Positions 49,736 to 61,824 are shown, counted from the stretch's first letter. The stretch: DNA of 64,000 bases from an uncultured bacterium (GCA_963701025.1 OY969557.1:801953-865952), one strand, 5' to 3'. The notes: generated by a model from the letters alone, not told the origin. Numbers and translations: made by a program.

Positions 49736-50785
49736 ATGAAGATACAAGAAAACATATCGCTGGCCCAATACACGACATTCAAGATCGGGGGACCCGCCCG
49801 CTTTTTTTGTTCGGTGACTTCGAAAGAGGAAGTGCGCCAAGCCGTCTCGTTCGCCAAGAAAAGAGGTTTGCCTTTCTTCGTTTTAGGCGGCGGTTCTAAT
49901 ATCCTTGTCTCCGACAATGGATTCCCCGGCTTGGTCATAAAAGTAGAGATCATGGGAATAAGGGAGGAAGGAATAGAGAATAAAGGGGAAAGAAAAGAGG
50001 ATGTCGACGAGCACGTTCTCATTTCCGTTGGGGCAGGCGAGATGTGGGATTCATTCGTCGAATATACGGTCTCGCGCGGCCTGTCCGGCCTTGAGAATCT
50101 TTCCGCCATACCGGGCAGTGTCGGGGCGGCTCCCATACAGAATATCGGCGCTTACGGAGCTGAAGCCCGGCAGTTTATATCATCAGTCCGCGCTTTTGAC
50201 GCGAGAAGGATGGCCTTTGTCGAATTATCGAACAAAGAGTGTGAGTTCGCCTACCGCGACAGCATGTTCAAGCGAAAGAAGGGCAGATACATCGTCACTA
50301 GGGTAGATTTCAGATTGAAGAAGGGCGGTCCGGTGAACATAGTATACAATGATCTGCGGGATCATTTCGCCTCGAGAGGCATAGCCGTTCCGACGCCGGA
50401 CGAAGTCCGCCGGGCAGTCATCGACATACGCTGGAGCAAGTTGCCGGACTGGAAGCTCTGGGGCACCGCGGGATCATTCTTCAAGAATCCGGTCGTTTCC
50501 GCCCGCAAGTACGCGTCGCTCAAGAAGAGATATCCGGGCCTGCCCGGCTTTCCCGAGCCGCGAGGCAAAGTCAAAATACCTTTAGGCTGGATACTGGATA
50601 ATGTCTGTCACGCCAGAGGCATGCGCAAAGGCGGCGTCGGCACATATGAAAAGCAAGCGTTAGTTTTCGTCGCCCGGCCCGGCGCCGCCTCTGCTGAGGT
50701 CGTCGAACTGGCGCAAGAGCTCATGAAAAAAGTCAAAGACGCTACCGGCATCACCATCGAAGGCGAAGTGGAGTGGGTCAATTAG
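49736..50785 (+). CDS. murB: UDP-N-acetylmuramate dehydrogenase
   Basis: TTFKIGGPA, LGGGSN, IPGSVGAAPIQNIGAYG, AGSFFKNP. Confidence 0.95.
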   Translation: MKIQENISLAQYTTFKIGGPARFFCSVTSKEEVRQAVSFAKKRGLPFFVLGGGSNILVSDNGFPGLVIKVEIMGIREEGIENKGERKEDVDEHVLISVGAGEMWDSFVEYTVSRGLSGLENLSAIPGSVGAAPIQNIGAYGAEARQFISSVRAFDARRMAFVELSNKECEFAYRDSMFKRKKGRYIVTRVDFRLKKGGPVNIVYNDLRDHFASRGIAVPTPDEVRRAVIDIRWSKLPDWKLWGTAGSFFKNPVVSARKYASLKKRYPGLPGFPEPRGKVKIPLGWILDNVCHARGMRKGGVGTYEKQALVFVARPGAASAEVVELAQELMKKVKDATGITIEGEVEWVN

Positions 50786-50836
50786 CCTTGTTACAAGTTT
50801 TTTTATCGCTCAAAATATGCTAAAGTGGCCATTATC

Positions 50837-53497
50837 ATGTCCATTTTCGGCAAATTATTCGGCAATAGCAACCATACCTCGAGCGTCAAGGCGTTCGAGC
50901 CAGTAGTTGCACAAATCAATGCTCTTGAAGATGCCACCAAGGCGCTATCTGATGAAGAGTTGAAAGGTAAAACAGTCGAATTCAGATCTAAACTCGCCGG
51001 CAAAACTGGTGCTGAAGAGAAGTCGGCGCTCGACGAGATCCTTCCCGAAGCTTTCGCCGTCGTCCGTGAGGCGGCGCGACGCACGCTCGGCCAAAGGCAT
51101 TTCGACGTACAATTAATCGGTGGAATGGTCTTGAATTCAGGTGCTATCGCGGAGATGAGGACCGGCGAAGGAAAGACGCTCGTGGCCACCCTGCCGCGTA
51201 TTTGAATGCTCTTACCGGCAAAGGCGTCCATGTCGTCACGGTCAACGACTATCTCTCCCGCCGCGACGCGGCATGGATGGGCCAGATATACGATGCGCTC
51301 GGTTTGTCCGTAGCCGTGATCAATCACGAATCTTCTTTCATGTACGATCCGAAGCATCAGAACAAGGAGCAGGGAACAGGCAGTAAGGAGGGAATCGCAA
51401 CAGATCCTCTTGATAAAGAGCGCGACCAGCTCGGCTCGTTCAAGGTCGTCCATGAATTCCTCCGGCCGATTTCGCGCCGCGAAGCATACGCCGCCGACAT
51501 CACCTACGGCACGAACAATGAATTCGGCTTCGACTATCTGCGCGACAACCTGGAATATAATCCGGCCGATCTGCGCCAGCGCGAGCCGCACTACGCCATC
51601 GTGGACGAGATCGACTCGATTCTCATCGACGAAGCGCGCACGCCCGCTTATCATTTCCGCGCCGACCCGCGATGCGGAGAGCGTCTATAAGCAGTTCGCT
51701 TCGCTGTCGTCTTCTTTCAAAGACAAGACGAAGACTACACCGTCGATGAAAAGCACGAAACGCCATCTCGCTCACGCCCGCCGGCATCGACCAAGGCCGA
51801 GAAGGCTCTGGGCATCGACAATATATACACCGACGCCGGCATCAAGTCCGTCCATCACTTGGAGACCGCCGTCAAGGCCAAGGCGCTCTATCACAGAGAC
51901 AAGGAATACGTGGTCAAGACAATGAAGTCGTCATCGTGGACGAATTCACCGGCCGTCTCCAGCCCGGCCGGCGCTGGTCCGAAGGCTTGCATCAGGCCAT
52001 CGAAGCCAAGGAAGGCGTGACCATCCAGCAGGAATCGCGCACCTACGCCTCCATCACTTTCCAGAATTTCTTCCGCATGTATCCGAAGCTCTCCGGCATG
52101 ACCGGCACGGCCGCCACCTCCAGCGAGGAATTCTACAAAGTCTACGGCCTGGACGTCTATCGCGTGCCGACGAACGTGCCCGGCGTGCGCAAAGACTAGC
52201 AATGACCAGATCTTCCGGACCGAGACCGGCAAATTCAAGGCCATCGCCCGCAAGGTCAAGGAGCTCCATGACAAAGGGCCAGCCGGTCCTCGATCGGCAC
52301 GGTCTCGATCGAGAAGAATGAGCTCCTGTCGCAATTCCTGAAAGGCGAGGGCATACCGCACGACGATCTTGAACGCCAAGAATACACCGAGCGCGAAGGC
52401 GAGATCATCGCCCAAGCCGGCAGGCCCGGCGCCGTGACCATAGCCACGAACATGGCCGGCCGCGGCGTGGACGTCAAGCTCGGCGGCAACCCGAGCACGT
52501 CGGAGGCATATCGAAGAAGTCAAAAGCTACGGGCGGACTGTTCGTCCTCGGCACCGAGCGCCACGAAGCCCGGCGCATCGACAACCAGCTGCGCGGCCGC
52601 TCCGGCCGCCAGGGCGATCCCGGCGAGACGCAGTTTTTCGTCTCCCTGGAAGATACCCTCATGCGCGTCTTCGCCTCGGACACCATGAAGTCCATGATGG
52701 GCAAGCTCGGCATGGCCGAAGACGAAGCCATCGAGCATCGCATGATATCCCGTGCCCTCGAGAGCGCCCAGGAGAAGATCGAGGGCTTCAATTTCGACGC
52801 CCGCAAGCACGTCCTCGAGTTCGACGATGTCATCAATACCCAGCGTCGGAGCGTCTATGGCAGACGCCGCAAGTTATTGCTTGGCTCTATCGACGACGTG
52901 GAGAGAGAGTTGAATGATGTCGTCGGCGAGGATGCTCCGGCTGGCGCGCCGGATGGCAGCGCTTCGAATGAAGTCGCCGCCTTCAAAAAGATAGTCGCCG
53001 CGAAGATAGCTGACTTCGGCCGCGAAGCATTCCTGAACGCCGTGAGGATCATTTTATTGCAGACCATAGATATGTACTGGGTTGAGCACCTCGAAGTCAT
53101 GGACTATACCCGTTCAAGCGTCAATCTTCGCGCTTACGGCCAGCGCGATCCGTTGGTAGAGTACAAGAAGGAAGGTCTGCGGCTATTCAAAGAGATGGAA
53201 GCCGCCATGCGCGGTCAGGTCATGAGGATAGTGCCGAACATCACGCCGATGGTCAATGGTCAGCCGGTTGCGTCAAGAAATCAAGCTGGCGAAACGGGCC
53301 GATTGAAAGAAGTCCATGAGAATGCGCGCGTGATCGGCGCCGGCGACGGTTCGGCCGGGGGGCAGCCGGCCGTTGGAGTTGGTAAAAAGTCGGAAGTTGG
53401 CAGGAACGACCCGTGCCCGTGCGGCTCGGGAAAGAAGTGGAAAAACTGCGGGTTGAAGAATACGGAGGAGCATCAGCGGCTCATGTCTGGAAGATAA
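50837..53497 (+). CDS. secA: Preprotein translocase SecA (multiple apparent frameshifts)
   Basis: [56 protein letters not shown] across several frames. Confidence 0.95.
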
Positions 53498-53873
53498 GCC
53501 TGTTCAGGTCGGTCTCTTTGAAGTCAGTCAGAGTTTTGGCGATGACTTCCCAATATTTCTCAAGCTCACTGAGATGTTCTTTGCCCTTGTCGGTCAGGCA
53601 ATAATATTTCCGTGCCTTGCCAATATCAGATTGCTCGAAACCACTGATCACGAGGCCTTCTTTACGGATCTTTGATAACAGGGGATAAAGTGCTTCTTCT
53701 TTAGTGATGAATTCTGTTTTTGCCAATGTCTCATAGATTTCTTTTATAGAAAAAGTCGGATCCGCAGATCCTATGATGATGAGCACAGCAAATTCCAATA
53801 GACCCCTGCGCATCTGCACGGTCTTTCTCAAGGTCAGGAAATGTGTTGTATGTGAAGTGCTCATGAGTGACAT
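53481..53873 (-). CDS. PadR-family transcriptional regulator
   Basis: QMRRGLLE, LYPLL, RKYYCLTDKG. Confidence 0.88.
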   Translation of the reverse strand: MSLMSTSHTTHFLTLRKTVQMRRGLLEFAVLIIIGSADPTFSIKEIYETLAKTEFITKEEALYPLLSKIRKEGLVISGFEQSDIGKARKYYCLTDKGKEHLSELEKYWEVIAKTLTDFKETDLNRLIFQT

Positions 53874-54039
53874 AGTATACCTCTTTCGGGGAAGGTGATT
53901 TTTGACCTAGCCATGACTAGGGGGAAATTTGGGGTATGGCAAGCAACACCTCTTTCCCCACTACGCTACGAATGCACGCACTCATTTTTATTGTATAATT
54001 ACCCTCTATTAAGCTAAAGATTAAGCTCGGATCAACGAT

Positions 54040-54246
54040 ATGCTCAAACTCGGCAAATACAAGCATTATAAAGGTCACTCATATGAAGTGATCGGCGTGG
54101 CGAAGCATAGCGAAACTCTCGAAGAGATGGTCGTATACAAGGCGCTGTACGGTGAGCATGATACCTGGGTAAGGCCGCTGAAGATGTTTACTGAAGAGGT
54201 CACGGTCGATGGCAAGAAAGTGCCGAGGTTTGAATATGAAGCCTAA
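54040..54246 (+). CDS. DUF1653-family protein
   Basis: [29 protein letters not shown]. Confidence 0.88.
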   Translation: MLKLGKYKHYKGHSYEVIGVAKHSETLEEMVVYKALYGEHDTWVRPLKMFTEEVTVDGKKVPRFEYEA

Positions 54247-54308
54247 ACAAAAAGAGAACCTGTTCAAAAGTTGAGTAAACAACAGATTTAGCATATGATG
54301 AGCCGACT

Positions 54309-55283
54309 ATGGCCCTCATCGACGAGATAAAATTCCACGCCAAAGCGGGCGACGGCGGCCCGGGCGTGGTGCGCTGGCGGCACGAGCGCGGCAAGGAATT
54401 CGCCGGGGCGGCGGGCGGCAATGCCGGCGCCGGCGGCGACGTGTACGTGCGGGCCGTGCGCGACATCAACATATTGGCTCGGCACAAAGCCGTAAAGGAA
54501 TTCAGAGCAGAGAACGGCAAGGCGGGAGAGAATTGGAGCAAGCATGGCAAGACCGGCACTGACCTTTACATAGACTTGCCGATCGGCTCGCTCGTGACCA
54601 ATGCGGCCTCCGGCCGCGTCGTCGAGCTAGTCAAAGACGGCCAGATATCCAAAATCCTCCACGGCGGCAGAGGCGGCCTCGGCAACGAACATTTCAAGGC
54701 CTCGACCAATGTCAAGCCTGAACAATCGACGGAAGGTATGGAAGGAGAGGAAGCTGATTTCACCGTCGAACTCAATCTGATCGCCGACGCCGGTCTCATC
54801 GGCTTGCCCAATGCCGGCAAATCCAGTCTCTTGAACGCCCTCACTCGCGCCAACGCCAAGGTTGCCAGCTACGCTTTCACTACACTTGATCCGAACCTCG
54901 GTGCTCTCGCCGGCGGGTATATCCTGGCCGACATTCCCGGTCTCATTGATGGTGCCGCGCAAGGAAAAGGCCTCGGCTATAAATTCCTCAAGCATGTAAA
55001 GCGGACGAAGATGCTCCTGCACCTGGTCTCATTGGAGAATGAAGATATCGCCGCCGCGTATTCTTCCGTCCGCGGCGAGCTCGAGAAATACGGCAATGGC
55101 CTGCCGGAAAAGGAAGAGGTCATCGTGCTTTCGAAGACCGACCTTGCCGACGCGAAACGGGTTAGCGCCGCCCGCAAAGTCTTGAAGAGATACGGCCGCG
55201 ATATCCTGGAGGTCTCGGTCCTCGACGACGCTTCGGTCAAGAAGGCCGGCGACGATATTTCGCGACTATTGCGCAAGCTCTAG
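54309..55283 (+). CDS. obgE: GTPase Obg
   Basis: Gly-rich Obg fold, GLPNAGKSS, FTTLDP, DIPGLI. Confidence 0.96.
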   Translation: MALIDEIKFHAKAGDGGPGVVRWRHERGKEFAGAAGGNAGAGGDVYVRAVRDINILARHKAVKEFRAENGKAGENWSKHGKTGTDLYIDLPIGSLVTNAASGRVVELVKDGQISKILHGGRGGLGNEHFKASTNVKPEQSTEGMEGEEADFTVELNLIADAGLIGLPNAGKSSLLNALTRANAKVASYAFTTLDPNLGALAGGYILADIPGLIDGAAQGKGLGYKFLKHVKRTKMLLHLVSLENEDIAAAYSSVRGELEKYGNGLPEKEEVIVLSKTDLADAKRVSAARKVLKRYGRDILEVSVLDDASVKKAGDDISRLLRKL

Positions 55284-55402
55284 ACATATGCTATCCTCTC
55301 CACCGTGTACGTTTCTCGTCACGTACGCGTTAGCAATTTTAATGAACGAGAGCTCCGCTAGCGCGTTACGCATAGTGATTCGTTGCGGGTAATACAAAGA
55401 AA

Positions 55403-55654
55403 ATGTCAAAGAGACTTTTCGTAGGCAGCATTGCCTGGGGCACGACCGACGCCACCCTGAAGACACACTTCGAACAGGCCGGTCAGGTTGAGTCAGCCGC
55501 CGTTATCATCGACAAGATGTCGGGCCGCTCCAAGGGCTTCGGCTTCGTGGAGATGGCGAATGACGCCGACGCGCAGACCGCGATCGACAAGCTCAATGGT
55601 TCGGATCTCGATGGTCGCAAGATCGTCGTCTCCGAGGCCCGACCGAAGCAGTAA
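55403..55654 (+). CDS. RRM RNA-binding protein
   Basis: LFVGSI (RNP2), SKGFGFVEM (RNP1). Confidence 0.93.
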   Translation: MSKRLFVGSIAWGTTDATLKTHFEQAGQVESAAVIIDKMSGRSKGFGFVEMANDADAQTAIDKLNGSDLDGRKIVVSEARPKQ

Positions 55655-55676
55655 TACTGTCACGGCCCGCTTACGC

Positions 55677-55703
55677 AGAAACGCCCCATACGGGGCGTTT
55701 CTG
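55677..55703. terminator. Bidirectional terminator hairpin
   Basis: AGAAACGCCCC-ATAC-GGGGCGTTTCT between convergent genes. Confidence 0.7.
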
Positions 55704-55720
55704 TCGTCACATTTCCGTTC

Positions 55721-56422
55721 CTAATTGATATTTCTCCACCACTCCGATACGGGCGCCTTCTTTATGATCTCCATGGCGCGATCGATGGAATCGGTGATCT
55801 CGAATATCTTCATGTCACGGGCGTCTATGGCCGCGTAGGTTTCGAGCATGTTCTTTTCCATGAAAGCTTTCAGAGGGTTCCAGTAACGCGAATCCATCAG
55901 GATGATCGGCACGCGCGGGATCTTGCCCGTCTGGATGAGGGTGAGGATGCTGAAGAGCTCGTCAAAAGTTCCGAAACCGCCGGGAAAGAAGACGTACGCC
56001 TCCGCCGCGAAAGTAAGCATGGTCTTCCGTGAAAAGAAATAAGCGAACTTGAGTGAATGGGTGACATAGGCGTTCGTGGTGTGCTCGTGCGGCAAGCTGA
56101 TGTTGAGGCCGAGGGAGACGCCGCCCGCGTCGTATGCGCCTTTGTTAGCTGCCTCCATGGTGCCCGGTCCGCCGCCGGTCACCACGGCATAGCCGAGATC
56201 GCGGACGACTCTCTGGCCTAGCTCGTAAGCTTTGGCATAGGCGGCTCCGTCCCGAGGGGCGAGCGACGAGCCGAAGACGCTGACCGACTTCGGATATTTC
56301 GCCAGAAAATCGAATCCCTCTGCGAACTCCCGGCTGATGCGATCGAGATGTTCTCCGACTTCCCGCGCGTGGATGTCGGATCGGATGAGAGGGCCGATGT
56401 CGTTCTTCTTTTGGGAATTCAT
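55721..56422 (-). CDS. LOG-family Rossmann-fold protein
   Basis: VTGGGPGTMEA, PGGFGTFDE. Confidence 0.9.
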   Translation of the reverse strand: MNSQKKNDIGPLIRSDIHAREVGEHLDRISREFAEGFDFLAKYPKSVSVFGSSLAPRDGAAYAKAYELGQRVVRDLGYAVVTGGGPGTMEAANKGAYDAGGVSLGLNISLPHEHTTNAYVTHSLKFAYFFSRKTMLTFAAEAYVFFPGGFGTFDELFSILTLIQTGKIPRVPIILMDSRYWNPLKAFMEKNMLETYAAIDARDMKIFEITDSIDRAMEIIKKAPVSEWWRNIN

Positions 56423-56449
56423 GCCGATAGTGTAACACACGAAGTATGA

Positions 56450-57727
<1,278 letters not shown>

Positions 57728-57736
57728 TCAGCTTTT

Positions 57737-57997
57737 TCATTTGAGTCGTGCGATATTTCTGTCCACATAGTCGAGTTTCCTGTCGTACATCCATAGGTAT
57801 CTTTTTCCGGAAAGGACTTTCCGCGTGAGACCTCGTTTTTCGAATTTCCTCAGAATATATAGGGCGGTTGATCGAGGAAGTTTTGCTTGACTGGCGATCG
57901 CTGAAACGCTTCTGGCCATTTTAAGGCGCAGAAGGACGTCAAGAAAGGCACTCTCTTTTGGTGACAGATCCAATATATTTCGTAGAGGTGGAAGCAT
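57737..57997 (-). CDS. Small HTH protein (TrmB-like N-terminal domain)
   Basis: LDLSPKE...SAIASQAKLPRST...ILRKFEKRGL. Confidence 0.7.
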   Translation of the reverse strand: MLPPLRNILDLSPKESAFLDVLLRLKMARSVSAIASQAKLPRSTALYILRKFEKRGLTRKVLSGKRYLWMYDRKLDYVDRNIARLK

Positions 57998-58186
57998 TGG
58001 GGGGAGGGGGGAGAGAGAGGAGACATATCATTGTATCACTTCCCAAAAGTGACAAGAAAAGTTGCCACTTTTCCCAGGCATAGCAAAGGTATGTCGGTCC
58101 TCCGCCAGGCAATATGGATGAGAAAAATACGCCCACAAAAAACCGCACTAGACCCAAGCCAGCCGCCTAGACACTTTCTTATTTGA

Positions 58187-59215
58187 CTAGATCTCCCTCG
58201 GCTTATACTCCTCCGGCGCGCGGCGGAGCCACCATTCCAATTGTTCGAGCGTCAGCAATCCTTCCTGGGCGCCGATGAATTGAGCCACTGACATGGGATT
58301 TACAGGAGCCCAGATCAAAGCCTCTAAAGGGGCTTTGCCCATGGCTAGGGCCGAAACGAAAGTGGACGCCCAAGCGTCGCCGCAGCCTGTGCGTTCGAAG
58401 GCCGGCCGCGGATCGGGATACATGGGTATATGGTATGAGCGCTCGCCGTCAAAGAAATACGCGCCGTCGGTATTGTCGGTGATGGCCACCATCTTAGGCC
58501 CGTAGGCGGCGATCTTCTTCATCATCTCTTTGACGCTACCGGCCCGGCCTACGGCTGGATCCGTATTTTTGCTCGGATCGATCTTCAGTATCCTCTCCGC
58601 CTCCTCGACATTGACCACGAAGAGGTCGGTCCTAGCGTATATTCGCTTCAATTCTTCGAATCCTAATTGCATCTGGAAAGTGCCGGGCTGGAAAGCCAGC
58701 TTGACTTCCGGGTTCCGCTCAAGATAATCGGCTATCATCATGTGATACGGGAATGTATTGGCGGCCAGGGAAGTGAGGTATATCCATTTCGGCGGCGGGA
58801 ACTCGGGCAGGCGATAGTCATAATCGGCATGCTTTACCAATATGGTCCTATCCACGTCATACCACAGGACGAAATGATAATTGGTCGGCTTGTTCTTGTG
58901 TGTCTTGACGAAAGAGGTCACGACTGCGTTCCTCTGCAGTTCCGCCATACAATCTCTGCCGTTCTGGTCGTCGCCGATGTTGGCCACGAGAGCCGTGCGC
59001 AAGCCGAGCCTCGCCCCGGCCACGGCGGCATTGGCCGCATTGCCCACGGCCTTAATCACCTTGACGTATTCAAATGGTATCTTATCGCCGAAAGGCATGC
59101 ATATCTCGCAGTCGCTCATATTGACTTTGCAATGGACATCGGCTTTTTCCAAGCGGATGAAAGCGTCGGTGGTGATATCGCCTATGGCCAGGATGTCAAT
59201 TTGTCTTTTGAGCAT
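58187..59215 (-). CDS. PfkB-family carbohydrate kinase
   Basis: GNAANAA, IGDD, NVEEA, ERTGCGDAW. Confidence 0.92.
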   Translation of the reverse strand: MLKRQIDILAIGDITTDAFIRLEKADVHCKVNMSDCEICMPFGDKIPFEYVKVIKAVGNAANAAVAGARLGLRTALVANIGDDQNGRDCMAELQRNAVVTSFVKTHKNKPTNYHFVLWYDVDRTILVKHADYDYRLPEFPPPKWIYLTSLAANTFPYHMMIADYLERNPEVKLAFQPGTFQMQLGFEELKRIYARTDLFVVNVEEAERILKIDPSKNTDPAVGRAGSVKEMMKKIAAYGPKMVAITDNTDGAYFFDGERSYHIPMYPDPRPAFERTGCGDAWASTFVSALAMGKAPLEALIWAPVNPMSVAQFIGAQEGLLTLEQLEWWLRRAPEEYKPREI

Positions 59216-59615
59216 GAGAATGAGGGTATTGAGAAGGGTAGAGGGTAGAGGGTAGAGGACTAACTTTTAATTTTCTCAGAAGGCCGCATAGCATTTTCTG
59301 GATTTCAGTAGTCAATGACTCTACCTTAGATAAATCAATTTTCGGATAGATCATTTTTGAAATGATTGTCTGGGTCTCCAATTCTGCTGAAGAGCCATCC
59401 GCGATGCTTAGGAATTGAATGTATTCTTTGCGATTCTTCCTCTTATATCCCTCTGCGATATTTGAAGGTATAGACACGGAAGACCTTCTCATCTGGGAAA
59501 CTATGCCGTAAAGCTCAGATTTCGGGAACGATTCAGTTGCCTGGTATACCTCCTTGACCAGTTCAATCGATTTCTGCCAAACTGTTAATTCTTTGAACGA
59601 TTGCATATGTGCCAT
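59196..59615 (-). CDS. Four-helix-bundle protein (23S rRNA IVS protein/bAvd-like family)
   Basis: SFKELTVWQKS, FPKSELYG, SQMRRSSVSIPSNIAEG, GSSAELETQ. Confidence 0.92.
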   Translation of the reverse strand: MAHMQSFKELTVWQKSIELVKEVYQATESFPKSELYGIVSQMRRSSVSIPSNIAEGYKRKNRKEYIQFLSIADGSSAELETQTIISKMIYPKIDLSKVESLTTEIQKMLCGLLRKLKVSPLPSTLYPSQYPHSHAQKTN

Positions 59616-59660
59616 TTCTATACCCTATACCCTATACCCTAAAACAGTTATAATCATATC

Positions 59661-60539
59661 ATGCTCTCTCTCAAGAATCACATAATCGAAGCCCAGAAGA
59701 AAGGAGTTGCCATCGGCCATTTCAATGTCTCCACCCTCGACGGCATCTGGGCCGTGGCCGACGCCGCCCAAACATTGAAAGTTCCGGTCATCATAGGCGT
59801 ATCGGAAGGCGAACGGGACTACGTCGGCGTACGCGAGGCGGTAGCGATCGTGAAGTCCATCCGCGAAGAACGCAATCAACCCATATTCTTGAACGCCGAC
59901 CATACTTATTCTTTCGATAAGGTGAGAGAAGCCATAGACGCCGGATTTGATGCCGTGATCTTTGACGGAGCCCAATTGTCTTTTGATGATAATGTTGCCG
60001 CCACCAAGAAATGCGTCGAGTACGCCCGATCCGTCTCAAAAAAGTCCGGCCGTGACATCTTGGTGGAAGGGGAGTTGGGGTATATAGGAAAATCATCAGA
60101 AGTCATGGCGTCCGTGCCGGCCGGCGTTCAGCTCACCAGCGTGGAAGATGCCGCGAAGTTTGCGAAAGAAACGGGCATAGATATGCTGGCCCCGGCGGTC
60201 GGTAATTTTCACGGACTTCTGGAAGGCGATCGCGAACTCACTCTGGCCGCAAAGAGGATAGATCCGGCGCGCGTTTCGGATATAAGCCAGGCTACCGGCT
60301 TGCCGCTGGTATTGCACGGCGGTTCCGGACAAGGAGATGAATCAGTCATGAAAGCCATCAAAGCCGGCGTGGCCATCGTACATGTGAATACGGAATTGCG
60401 CGTCGCCTACCGTTCCGGCCTGATGAGGTCCCTTTCCGGGAATCCAGATGAGATAGCGCCGTACAAATACCTGAAACCCGCCAAGCTGGCTATGCAGAAG
60501 GTGGTTGAGGAAAAGCTCAAGATTGTCAACAGCCTCTGA
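59661..60539 (+). CDS. fba: Class II fructose-bisphosphate aldolase
   Basis: NADH, VEGELG, GNFHG, LVLHGGSG, NTELR. Confidence 0.92.
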   Translation: MLSLKNHIIEAQKKGVAIGHFNVSTLDGIWAVADAAQTLKVPVIIGVSEGERDYVGVREAVAIVKSIREERNQPIFLNADHTYSFDKVREAIDAGFDAVIFDGAQLSFDDNVAATKKCVEYARSVSKKSGRDILVEGELGYIGKSSEVMASVPAGVQLTSVEDAAKFAKETGIDMLAPAVGNFHGLLEGDRELTLAAKRIDPARVSDISQATGLPLVLHGGSGQGDESVMKAIKAGVAIVHVNTELRVAYRSGLMRSLSGNPDEIAPYKYLKPAKLAMQKVVEEKLKIVNSL

Positions 60540-60562
60540 TTTTGCGTGATATACTTAATCCC

Positions 60563-60805
60563 ATGTCTGATGTAGAATTCGATACGGATATCCAGGGCAA
60601 TCCGGCATATGGTTCGAGATCCGGATTGAGCCAAAGCCAGATCCCCAGAGGGCAGGGCCAATCCGTCGGTTCCGTGGGCATGGCCCGTTGGCTCATGCGC
60701 CATGGCATTATCGACAGCGAGTCCGGCGCCAAGGCCGTGCTCATCGGCATCGTCTGCGTCAACTTCGTCGCCATGGCGCTCATCCTGTATTTCTTCGTTT
60801 TATAA
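60563..60805 (+). CDS. Small membrane protein
   Basis: C-terminal TM helix; MARWLMRHGII motif. Confidence 0.6.
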   Translation: MSDVEFDTDIQGNPAYGSRSGLSQSQIPRGQGQSVGSVGMARWLMRHGIIDSESGAKAVLIGIVCVNFVAMALILYFFVL

Positions 60806-60897
60806 GCATCAATGTCTATCAATATACATGAAAACATATCACTCGCAGAAATTGCCATGTCGGTCTATATCGTTATTCGTAGCGGTGATCATTTCCA

Positions 60898-61824
60898 ATG
60901 TCATCGCCGCCATCTTTATCCTTAAACAGCTTTCATAAACATGACCGAATACTCTCTTTTAAACGTCGTGGCTTCACTCTCGTCGAGCTCCTGGTGGTCA
61001 TCTCCATCATCGGCCTTTTGTCGTCGGTCATTCTGGCGGCGTTGAATGGGGCAAGAGCAAAAGGACAGATAGCATCGGTTCAAGAATTCGCTAACGCCAA
61101 TTATCACGCCATAGGGGATAATCTGCTGTTCTTCTATAAGTTCGATAACGCTAATCTTGGACAGGACTCATCGGGGAATAACAATAATGCTAATCCCGTC
61201 GGCCTCTCTTCGCCGACGCTAGTCCCTTCTTATAATGGTTCAGCCAGTAACGCTCTTAAATTGAATGGAAGCTCGCAGTATCTCACTACAACTGCTACTT
61301 TTCCACAGACAATGAATGGAATAACGATATCCATATGGGTGAATATAGGCAACAACACCGGGTATATACCATTAGTCGTTGATGCCAGTAGTAACTATAA
61401 TTACACTCTGTCTTTAGGGGCTAATCCCGCGTCGGAGAGTGTTTCAAGTACCTATTCTTGCCAAGCATCATTTTATGGTGCTGGTGGTTCTGATTATGTG
61501 GCCCGGAGTCAGAATCTATGCGATAACAGTTGGCATAATATAACAGTTACACAAAATCTTACCGGGAAAGTTGTCATGTATATTGACGGAAAAAATGGTT
61601 CATATTCTATTTCATCTATTAATACTAGTATTACACCGTCTAATTTTTTGGTTCCCTCGGGATTATCGACGTGGATCGGTGGAGATAATGGTGATGGTAT
61701 AACCAGCGGTTATGCTATCGCCAGTATCGATGATGTCATGCTCTTTAGCTCTAGTTTACCCTTGTCCGAAGTTCAACAGCTCTATGCTATGGGTGCCGCC
61801 AGACACGGTATTGCTTTGAAGTAG
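60898..61824 (+). CDS. Type IV pilin-like protein with LamG-like domain
   Basis: GFTLVELLVVISIIGLLSS; WHNI...MYIDG...IDDV; start uncertain. Confidence 0.88.
   Translation: MSSPPSLSLNSFHKHDRILSFKRRGFTLVELLVVISIIGLLSSVILAALNGARAKGQIASVQEFANANYHAIGDNLLFFYKFDNANLGQDSSGNNNNANPVGLSSPTLVPSYNGSASNALKLNGSSQYLTTTATFPQTMNGITISIWVNIGNNTGYIPLVVDASSNYNYTLSLGANPASESVSSTYSCQASFYGAGGSDYVARSQNLCDNSWHNITVTQNLTGKVVMYIDGKNGSYSISSINTSITPSNFLVPSGLSTWIGGDNGDGITSGYAIASIDDVMLFSSSLPLSEVQQLYAMGAARHGIALK

Noticed and set aside
50837-53497. secA (also mraY and the VirD4-like gene) as pseudogenes or programmed frameshifts
   Set aside because: secA and mraY are essential and keep intact motifs across scattered single-base shifts, which fits indel sequencing error better.
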